Positions 1-9,501 of a DNA stretch of 64,000 nucleotides are shown here, one piece after another; positions within the stretch are counted from its first letter, which is position 1, and every line of letters starts with the position of its first letter. The notes beneath the pieces are model-generated. The model was not told the origin of the DNA and made no database searches. It was given only the letters and a program-made list of their open reading frames with translations. A program made the translations under genes and the position numbers. Origin of the DNA: Ranitomeya imitator (lineage: Eukaryota); the NCBI RefSeq assembly GCF_032444005.1, contig NC_091285.1, forward strand, positions 228,346,001 through 228,410,000, written 5' to 3'.

Positions 1-621
1 TTTTTGTGAAAAAAAGTAAAATGTTCATTTTTATTTAAACATTCAAAAAATTCATGTGAAGCACCAGAAGGGTTAATAAACTTCTTGAATGTGGTTTTGA
101 GCACCATGAGGGGTGCAGTTTTTAGAATGGTGTCACACTTGGGAATTTTCTATCATATAGACCCCTCAAAATGACTTCAAATGAGATGTGGTCCCTAAAA
201 AAAAATGGTGTTGTAGAAATGAGAAATTGCTGGTCAACTTTTAACCCTTATAACTCCCTAACAAAAAAAAATTTGGGTTCCAAAATTGTGCTGATGTAAA
301 GTAGACATGTGGGAAATGTTACTTATTAAGTATTTTGTGTGACATATCTCTGTGATTTAATTGCATAAAAATTCAAAGTTGGAAAATTGCGACATTTTCA
401 TAATTTTCTCCAAATTTCCATTTTTTTCACAAATAAACGCAGGTACTATCAAAGAATTTTTACCATTGTCATGAAGTACAATATGTCACGAGAAAACAAT
501 GTCAGATTCACTGGGATCCGTTGAAGCGTTCCAGAGTTATAACCTCATAAAGGGACAGTGGTCAGAATTGTAAAAATTGGCCCGGTCATTAACGTGCAAA
601 CCACCCTTGGGGGTAAAGGGG
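1..621 (+). mobile_element. 3' end of a non-autonomous piggyBac-like (TTAA) DNA element, same family as the end of the 26308-38168 element
   Basis: Closely matches 37560-38170 along its length; ends ...AAAGGGG followed by TTAA (622-625). Superfamily assignment inferred from the TTAA plus CCCY/RGGG termini. Confidence 0.6.
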
Positions 622-1335
622 TTAAAGGGGAAAAAAATATTTTTCATCAATTGATACTGTTATTATATGATATGCCCTGCTTGGGTTTTCATGCGTTATA
701 CCTTCTAAATCGGTATAGATGTTCTTACGGATTAACTAGTTTCTATTTGTTGAAAACCATGGTTTTCTATATGTAGGTGGTTATGCAATTCTTTACATTT
801 TTTACTTTATCATGCACTTATGTTTATATAAATTTCTCCTTCCAAATATGCCAGGTTTGAAGCATTGGGTTTTCCCTATTGTCTCTTTAAATATCCAGAG
901 ACTTTCCTTAAACCTTACCTGTTTTTGGGCCGACCATATTTGCGCTGCACTTATGTGATTAGATGTTTGCATGTTTCTCATCGCTGCAAGGTAGATGCAT
1001 CTTGATTGCTACTGCGCATGCGCCTGACGGCAGTAATATACTTTGTTTATCTCCGGCCAGAGTGGGCTTCTCAGCCTTGCAATCTTCCTTCCTCTGTGTG
1101 CTGCACACGCGCCGATTGGCGCATGCGCACATTATCTCCTTTCAGACATCTTTAAACAGGAGCTTCGGCTTCTTTCATAGCTTTGCGCTAGCGCCGGCAT
1201 GCTGACTACTTCCGGTTTCCGGCTAATGCCGGCGCTATGAGATTGTTTCCTTATGCGCTCCTGGACTACAGCTGTTTCCTGACCAGCGTTAATTGCTAAG
1301 GCATTTAAGATTGATATACGCTCACTGCAACCACC

Positions 1336-1376
1336 GCCCCTGAAGAAGCCAGGGTTCCTGGCAACACGCGTTGGGC
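1336..1376 (+). ncRNA. Decayed minimal type I hammerhead ribozyme (PLE-type)
   Basis: GCCC-CTGAAGA-A-GCCAGG/gtt/CCTGGC-AACA(GAAA expected)-CGCG-TT-GGGC. Stems I and II are intact; the GAAA core is mutated. Confidence 0.55.
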
Positions 1377-1885
1377 ATTTAGTGCCCTTGTCTCCCCATT
1401 TCTTCTACCTCTTATTGCATTGATGCTCCTCACTGAGATCCTATTCTGGAAGCCCTATTCACAGGCTCAGGTTGTATAGGTCTTCTTTTGTCTCCCCATT
1501 TGAGGGAATTATTCTACTATTGTGGCCAAATGTTTAGTGTCATTCCATAAAGGGCGATCGCTTTTTCTCACAGGTTTGGAGCATTTATCTATGCATTTTA
1601 TAGCCCACGAGTATGGGCTTCCTTCATGTATGCGCTTATTATACCACACTGATAGGATGACTTCGTTTTCCCTGTGTAGCTACTTTTGAGTGATTATTAG
1701 CATCATAGATATTGATCTTTGGGGTGCGACAAGGGTATGACCCTATTATGGGTCTGTGTAGTTGTTTGTTGTTTGCAATTTTAAATGTTTTTAATCCTTT
1801 TGCAGTGTTTGTATTATGACCAAATAAAACTTACTATTTTTTCTGATACTTTTGTGTGGTGAGCCATGCAAAATGCATGCTATCT

Positions 1886-2033
1886 NNNNNNNNNNNNNNN
1901 NNNNNNNNNNNNNNNNNNNNNNNNNNNNNNNNNNNNNNNNNNNNNNNNNNNNNNNNNNNNNNNNNNNNNNNNNNNNNNNNNNNNNNNNNNNNNNNNNNNN
2001 NNNNNNNNNNNNNNNNNNNNNNNNNNNNNNNNN
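1886..2033. other. Assembly gap (148 N)
   Basis: Run of N in the sequence. Confidence 1.
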
Positions 2034-2572
2034 ACCTTCCCGCAGCAGCAGCTCATCCCTGCAGCCTCTTCCTTGCTGGAAGCTTTCTGTCTGAGACAGC
2101 ACACTGGATGATGACATCATCCAGCTGGGCTGTCTCAGACAGGAAGCAGGATGCCGGGAGGTGAGCTGCTCTGTGTGAGTCTGTGTGCCTGCATGTGTGC
2201 GTATGTGTGCAGTGCTGTGTGTGTATGTGTGCATGTGTGTGTAGTGCGGTGGTGCGGCTTTATATGCGGGCAGTATTAGCTGCAGTTTGCGGCTAACGCT
2301 GCCCGCTATTAAAGAGAAATGTTATTCACGCCCATAGGGGCGTGGGGAAGCGTGAATATTCATTTTGCTTTAGCAGCGGGGACAGGATCCTTTCTCCAGC
2401 TGCTGATACTGGCACAGGGCGGGCCCCCTTGACTCAGGAGCCCCATAGGCACTGGCTGGGGGCCCCTGGAGCAGCGGGGGCCCTAGGCAGCTGCTGGCCA
2501 GTATGCCAGCAGGTGTCAGTGCCTGGGCCCACCAGAGAATTCTCCGGTTCTCTGGTGGGCCAGTCCGAGCCT
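2034..2572. mobile_element. Right end of a probable hAT-like non-autonomous element
   Basis: 14-bp subterminal hairpin (2526-2539 / 2548-2561) and terminus CAGTCCGAGCCTG, similar to the terminus at 24665-24677. The left end is lost in the gap. Confidence 0.35.
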
Positions 2573-3949
2573 GCCCACAGCACTGGCCTTGAACCCCCCT
2601 TCAGGTTCATGAAACATCACAGCAACTGCAATCACTATGGGCCTGATATATTAACACTGATGATGTTCATGCCGGTCTTGATGAGGAGGTGTGCTGGAGT
2701 CAGACGCTTCAAATTCATGAAGAGACATACACTCGAAATGTGCCAAAATGCCTGCATTCTCTTTTTTGTGAACACAAAATTTTAATCTTTGCTTCGTATA
2801 CCTTGGATAATAAAAAACACTTTTTTGCATTTCATCTGTAGGCTGGATTTTTCTGCTTTCTCCATACACCTCTGTTTGCCTCTCACCACAAGTCCCACTA
2901 CAGCAGTATACTAAATATATTTTGTATTTGTAATGTTTTTATAATTATAAAATATGCATTGGATATATATAGTTGTGTCAGCTGTTTACGGGTTAAGCTT
3001 ATCTGAATTATACAACATTTTATATGTGGCACAGAATTTAATTTCTCTAGGTATTCTTATACGGCCATGTTCACGTGATACTTTCTTTACGTTTCTGGGT
3101 TTTTTTTGGCATGATTTTCCAAAAACAAAATGAAAAAGAGGGGCCTGAGGGCACTACAGATGTTTTAAGGGGATCACTGAACACACAGAGAAAATAGCAT
3201 ATGCAAGACAAGAGAGGAAAGAAGTGTGTACAAGTTGATCAGGATCACCCTCAAGAAATGATTTAATAAGTAAATGTATTAATGAAGAAAAAACACAAAC
3301 AGAACAAAAACAGCAATAAAAACAATGAAAAGAGCCAAAAACTGGCCATACAAAAGAACGACTGACGGTCAGTATAGAGATCAACATCTGTCCTTCTCCA
3401 ATGTGCTAGCAGCAGGTACAATGAACATGGTTTATAAACACAATGGAAAATACTTTATATTATGGTGTATCAAATTTAGATCAAATTTAGATCAAAATGA
3501 TATTATATAAAAGCCAACTGGTGACATTTAGCCAATGAAGTAAAGACAAGACCAAAAAAGCAGCGTACAGCGAAGTGCTTAAAAGAACAAAATTGTAAAG
3601 ATGTATCAAATGTTAGATGAGATCTGAGCCTATTATCTCCTATATAGACTTATTTAAATAAAACTGCATGACATCTGGAATAGGAAAATCGCAAAGAGAA
3701 AATGCAGTAAATGATATAAAAGTTCCAACACAGCATTAAATCTGCACAGCTGAAATAGAGAGCATTCTAACAGATAATCAGATGGAAACATAAAGAGCAG
3801 AAAGATAGCCTTGCCCAAAATATGCAGAATGAATATATCCTGACTATAAAAAGCAGTCAAAGAGACACCAGTCTTAAGGCAAAGACAACCTAATGGTAAT
3901 GTTGAGGCAATATTGCTACTTGCTGCCAGCATGATGGTGAGGGGAAGGG

Positions 3950-3990
3950 CCCAGGCGTATCGCCACCTGAAAGCGTGGCTTCCTCAGGGG
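3950..3990 (-). ncRNA. Decayed minimal hammerhead ribozyme (PLE-type)
   Basis: Minus strand reads CCC-CTGAGGA-A-GCCAC/gctttcag/GTGGC-GATA-CGCCT-GGG, against the template CTGANGA-A-stemII-GAAA-CGCG-TH-stemI. Confidence 0.5.
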
Positions 3991-4089
3991 AGAAAAAGTA
4001 CAACAAACAGGATCTCCATGCATGTGTCGTGACTGTAACACAGCCGCGAAACATGCACCTGCAGAGCCAAACAGCAGCTGCATCAAAAG

Positions 4090-4717
4090 TAAAATTTCAG
4101 CATCAATAGTAAAAGATAGAATATTAAAAATAATAAAAAAATAAAAAAATAGTTATTGTCACCTTCCGACAGCCCGATCTCCTCAGCGGCGCTCCCGATA
4201 CTTTTCGTTCCCAGGGATGCTTTGCGCAAAGGACCTTAGTGACGTCACGGTTGCATGACCATTACGTCATCCTAGGTGATTCCCACAATGCATCCCTGGG
4301 AACGGAAGCAGCCGCGTTCACCGCTGAGAGGCGGGAAGACTCCGGGGGCCATTAGAAGGTAAGTATATCCCTATTTTTTATTTCAATTCTTTTTTTTTAC
4401 AGGACTATTGTACCCAGGGCCTGGAGGAGAGTCTCCTCTCCTCCAAACCCTGGGTACCATCCGCACATGAAGCGCTCACTTTACGCATGGTGGGCAAAGC
4501 CACATGCATAAAGTGAGCGTTTCCACCTCAGTTCTGCAGAAATAATGAACATGCTGCAGATTTTACCGCTATGTGATTCCTCAGCGGAACAATCCGCAGC
4601 ATGGGCACAGCAACTGCAGAATCCCATAGGATTGCATGGGAATGCTTTTTTAAGCGTTTCCGCTGCGGCAAAAATCATGACGGAAACATATAAAAAACGC
4701 AACGTGGGCACACAGCC
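4090..4717. mobile_element. Partial PIF/Harbinger-type MITE
   Basis: Right terminus AACGTGGGCACACAGCC + TTA matches the terminus of the complete MITE at 24738-25117. Left boundary is approximate. Confidence 0.45.
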
Positions 4718-4720
4718 TTA

Positions 4721-6345
4721 CTGAGATAAGAAGAAACTGCTCATACTGTCCCAGTACTTCTGATCTAATATTTCAGATACTTTAGGCACTCAGGTAAGAA
4801 GAGATTACTCACATTGCTGTCCACCTTGTCTTCCTGACCTAATGTTTGAGATATCAGGGGTGCTGTGGTAAGCAACGACTACTCACACTGTTGTCTACAA
4901 AGTATTTCTTATCTAATATTTGAGATACTTTGGGCAATCAGGTAAGAAGAGGCTACTCGCATTGCAGTCCACCCTGTTTTTCTAATCTCTTAATGAAGAT
5001 TCAAGGAGTGCTAAGGTAAAAAGAGGCTGCAAATACTGCTGTCCACCCTGCCTCTCTTACCTAATATTTGAGATATCATGGTTGCTGAGGTAAGAAGAGA
5101 CTGCTCACACTACTGTTCACAAAGTATTTCTGATCTAATATTTGAGATACTTGGGCACTCAGGTAAGGAGAGGCTATTCGCATTGCTGTCCACCCTGTTT
5201 TACTGACCTAATATTTGAGATACCAGAAATGCCGTGGCATGAAAAGACTACTCACACTGCTGTCTATCATGCTTTTCTGATCTTTTACTCAAGTTTCAAG
5301 GAGTGCTGAGGTAAAAAGAGGCTGCTTATACTGGTGTCCACCCTCTCTTTCTGATCTAATACTATAGATGCCAGGGGTGTTGAGGTAAGAAGAAACAGCT
5401 CACACTGTTGTCTATCCTGTATTACTGCTCTAATATCAGAGATACTAGGAGTGTTAGGGTAAGGAGAGATTGCTCATTGCATGCCCCCTTTGGAAGAAGC
5501 ACGGATGCGAAACGGTGCTGTCAGGGTAGGAGCGCGCAACACATGAAAACCCTGCATTGTCACTTTGTGAGTACCTTCTCTAAGCTCTGAAGATACTTTT
5601 TATCTACTCTCCTCTATTGCATCCATATGTTTTTCTTTGCAGATAACATTTTTTGCCTAATCACTGATGAATATGTTACTTTGACCTAGGTTGGTTTGTG
5701 CCTCTGCCATATTGTATGCATATCCTACATTATGAGGATTTCTCTTTTTTTGCACTAGGCACTTTAATATGAATTCTTACACTTTGACAGAGACTCAACG
5801 TACTCTGTAAATCTTTTTGTCACTACATTTGGCAGATTGAATATGATTTTCATATATATTTGTACTAGCATGTGATTGCAGACTGTTCATACTGTAAGTT
5901 ATTACCATCATAAGATACAACCGTGGTGCCAGCATACTCCTTTTCTTAGTTATGTAGCTTGAATTTTAATATTTTTAAACCAATTATAATTAAAGATTTA
6001 TTTTTTACATACAATTCAACCACCTTTTTCTCATTTATATGAGGTTGTGTGTCATATAGTGATTGGTGGACTGGTTGTGCCACAGAAGTATGAAATTGTG
6101 TTAAAATCTAATACTTGAGATGCTAGGGGTGCTGAGGCAAGAAGAAACAACTCACACTGTTGTCTATCCTGTATTACTGATCTAATACCAGAGATACTAG
6201 GAGTGTTATGGTAAGAAGAGACTGCTCATACTGCTTCACATGATGTTTTTCTGATTTAATACCAGAGGTTTCACGGGTGCTGAGGAAAGAAGAAGGTTAT
6301 TACACTGCTTAACACCCTGTTTTCCTGAATGCTGAATATCTGCCT
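4721..6345. repeat. Degenerate ~60-bp minisatellite, interrupted at ~5480-6105
   Basis: Recurring CTGATCTAATATTTGAGATAC...GCTGAGGTAAGAAGAGACTGCTCACACTGCTGTCCACCCTG unit. Confidence 0.7.
5486..5526 (+). ncRNA. Decayed hammerhead-like motif at the 5' end of a ~0.6-kb insert
   Basis: CCCTT-TGGAAGA-A-GCA/cgga/TGC-GAAA-CGG/tg/CTG-TC-AGGG. Stem II, GAAA, stem III and the GTC site are recognisable; the CUGA half of the core is altered. Confidence 0.45.
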
Positions 6346-6435
6346 TGACCCAGAGAGAACATATAATGTACATTAGTTTACAACAGCTGAGCTTCAGACT
6401 GTACATTTTCACTGGCACCTGTCTTATTAATTTTC

Positions 6436-7012
6436 TAGTTAAGTAAATAAGGCAGCACACTGCAGCGCTAGAACATGCAAACATGAAACACGAAAATTGA
6501 ACTGCATTACTGCACTAGAAATATGAAAAATGAGAGCGTTTAGCGCATAAAAATGGCCAATTTTATGTGTACCTGGGAGCCACATTAGGGCATCTCTCTT
6601 ATACCAGGTCCTAAACTTGCCTTTCCTCGCTGAGAATAAACGTCTCCATCTGAGTGGGTACATGTGAAACCTCTTCTTAGACTAAAATTCTCTCTCTCTG
6701 TGGAGGGGTATTGGACCTGCTGTAATTAAAACACCTGTGGCTAGAAGGCGGAGTGCACGATCAGAAGGCTAAAGAATACATTTCAAAAACCTGACCGGCA
6801 CATCCAAACATAGACTAAGTGTGAACAGGTGCTGAACCTAAAGTTGCCAACTTGTATATAGTTAAGTAAATAAGGCAGCACACTGCAGCGCTAGAACATG
6901 CAAACATGAAACACGAAAATTGAACTGCATTACTGCACTAGAAATATGAAAAATTAGAGCGTTTAGCGCATAAAAATGGCCAATTTTATGTGTACCTGGT
7001 AGCCACATTAGG
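6436..7012. repeat. Partial tandem repeat, 423-bp period (154-bp direct repeats 6436-6589 and 6859-7012)
   Basis: Near-identical direct repeats at offset 423, starting TAGTTAAGTAAATAAGGCAGC. Confidence 0.85.
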
Positions 7013-7034
7013 CCATTTTTATGCGCTAAACGCA

Positions 7035-7503
7035 AATAAGTTGAAACGAAAGGCACACGTTTCTCTCTATTCCTATTTCTATGAGATTGTAATTCCCCAT
7101 CATTTAGTGTAATCACCTGATTTTTTTGACACATCACCTTCTCTTCAGGATAACCTCTGCAGATGAACTTATTGCACATTTCGTCCAACCTAATATCATA
7201 TATGTCATCATCTGAGACAATACGGCGTACTCTTAATAATTGGCTCCACGGGAGCGAATCAATCATCCTCCTGGGATGATAGCTGCCATACTCCAAAAGA
7301 CTGTTCCTGTCGGTTGCCTTAATAAACAGATCTGTACACAATCTATCATCTTGTTTGTATACCATGGTATCAAGGAATTGTATCCTGTCCATGGAATGTG
7401 TGACAGTAAATTTAAGCTGTGAATGTATATTATTCAGTTCAGACAAAAAAATCAGAAAGCTCAGTTTGAGTTCCCGCCCATATACAAAAAATGTCATCGA
7501 TGT
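7035..7503 (-). mobile_element. Inverted fragment of the PLE reverse-transcriptase gene (copy of 10663-11130)
   Basis: Reverse complement of 10663-11130 with about 2% differences and one 1-nt indel. The minus-strand ORF reproduces ...ELNNIHSQLKFT...KRVPFVSTY. Confidence 0.95.
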
Positions 7504-8580
7504 GTCTGATATCTGTATACTTGTTTTTAATGTTGATATCTTTGTTTTTGTTTTTGTTTCCTTCTAGTACACTGGTGATTTGACATCCAAGGAGATTTGG
7601 AAGTTACTGGACTATTTTTCTTTTGTTTGTTATGTGTTTGTGTATATATAGTTGGTGTTGTTCACCTATTTCTTCCTTGTCCCCTTGTGTGCCAAATCGC
7701 GATATATAAAATATTTGTGTGTACACACGCTGGTTACCATGGAGTTGGTTATATCCGGTTCTTACCATACAGACGGGGATTCGCTGCGTCCCGTGGTGGT
7801 CAGGTGATGTGTGTGGGCGGTTCGCCTATGCTCCTCCCTGGCTCTGACGTGGCCGCTGGCGCTTCCCTGTACTGTGGGTGAGCGATGTCTGGCTCGGTGC
7901 TGCTGGCGCTTGCGCTGTAGGTTGGGTCGGTGCTGCGGTCATGTGACCGCGTGCACGTGACGCACCTGCACGTTTGCTCTCGCGGCTTCTGACCGGCCGA
8001 TATGGCGGTGTGCTTGCAGGCTGTTAGGTATAAGGCGATTGACTGATGGGTATCAATAACAGCACAGAAAGACCCTTCAGGATTGGAGGATACACCTGTT
8101 ATGGAGGTTATAAGGATTCATTGGTGGATCATCGTCATGACAGCAGAGACAACAAATCTAAGATTTAATTACAGCTCCAGTATTGAATGGTTCCTGACGC
8201 CCTTTTCTAAGTATTTTGTATCTTCTATGTAATATGATGTCAATGTTATGTGGGTATTTATATGTTTTATAGATAATAGTGTAATCTGTGTATTTATAGT
8301 ATTGTTGTTAAATGAAGGCCGCCCCTTGTCAGTGATTGGTGCCTGATTTTGGCTCCACACTATTTAAGGTAGCCAGGTGAGCTATATTGTGTACTTGACA
8401 AAGGTCATATCTGGCCGAAACGTTGTATGATGGTGGTGGAATAAAGACTTTATACCTTTCACCTGGAATGGATGCTGCTTCTTTTTCTACATTGTGAGTA
8501 TCAGTCCAGTGGATCCATGGACGTTGGAGCGTGCATCCTGGCTGATTGAGTGCTGCTGGTTGCTGGTTTTTTTTCATATG
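7502..8580 (+). repeat. 5' pseudo-LTR of the PLE
   Basis: Direct repeat of 17570-18647 with about 17 substitutions and 1 indel (counted by eye). Contains the hammerhead and AATAAA at 8440-8445. Confidence 0.93.
8392..8427 (+). ncRNA. Minimal type I hammerhead ribozyme, U3:A8 core variant
   Basis: TAC-TTGACAA-A-GGTCA/tatc/TGGCC-GAAA-CG-TT-GTA. Palindromic stem III (AACGTT); predicted cleavage after 8424. Confidence 0.8.
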
Positions 8581-8619
8581 TATTTTGGATCCTAACCAGC
8601 GTGCACCTATTCCGTGGCT

Positions 8620-9501
8620 ATGGAGCCGTCTATCAATCCAGAGGTGGGTGAACTGGATACCGCCACAACTTTTTCGTATACAGATTAGGACGCTATACGG
8701 ATTCTGTCCGGCACCTCTATAGACAATGCCTTTCTTAACAAACCTACTGCTGACATGCTCCGTAAGAAATATGAGAGCGAGAAAAGAAGGTTAATTTCTT
8801 TTGAGTTACATGTGACCACACTCACTGAATATTATAAGGCACGTAGGATACCTCGTGGGCTACGCCCACATTTACGCCCAACCCTGTTGGCTGACAACAC
8901 ACAGTTTTGCAACAAATTTGAGTCCATTACCAACAAATTCTCATTTGATCTAATGCTCCTGAACATTGAATTTCTACGTATGGAAATGGAGCTGATCAAG
9001 ATTGTTGTGGCAGATTTGGAGCAACAACTGATTAGTCTTATGACTACACAGGAATTGGATTCCTATAAAATCCAACTGGATGTGAATTTGTTGAAATTTC
9101 GCAGTGACATTGAGAAAACCAAGAGATCTAAATGGTTTCGTGATTTGGAGGACTATAGATGTGGTCGAGTGTTTTCTTGGCATGCTGGTGTACAATCATC
9201 CTTCAATAGGAGGTCTAGATTTCAGCAAACAAGGAGGAAGAAAAGACCCTATGATAAAGACACACAGGGATTTGGTTTTACCACTGCTGAATCTGATTCC
9301 ACTGATGACTCCAATATGGGAGCTGCTTCTTCCTCTTCTAGTTTTTTAGGAAACAGAAAACCAGAGGGTGTGGCAACGAAAGGAGGATCCGGAGAGGTGG
9401 CCGAAAACACAAAAGGTGGAGGCATCATTCGGGAACGGAGGAAGTTCCACAAATCACCAATGAGGACCCGGAACATGGACGAGCGGCGGAAAGTGAACTA
9501 G
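8620..9501 (+). pseudogene. PLE ORF1 (N-terminal domain) with one in-frame TAG at 8686-8688
   Basis: ATG 8620 is in frame with the 248-aa ORF at 8755-9501 (ELHVTTLTEYYKARRIPRGLR motif). The single TAG falls in FSYTD*DAIRIL. Confidence 0.75.

Noticed and set aside
4721-6345. RE1/NRSF-like half sites (GCTGTCC, GGTGCTGA) and repeated AG|GTAAG donors in the 60-bp minisatellite
   Set aside because: The half sites are in the wrong order and spacing for RE1; the donor-like words have no upstream exon evidence.
6625-6690. Possible hammerhead on the minus strand of the 423-bp element (CTAAGAA...GAGACGTT)
   Set aside because: The core lacks G5, has GAGA instead of GAAA, and has 5 unpaired nt between stem II and the core.
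7597-8577. Short ORFs duplicated in both pseudo-LTRs (94, 63 and 82-95 aa)
   Set aside because: Duplicated only because the repeats are ~98% identical; no motifs, and they use alternative start codons.
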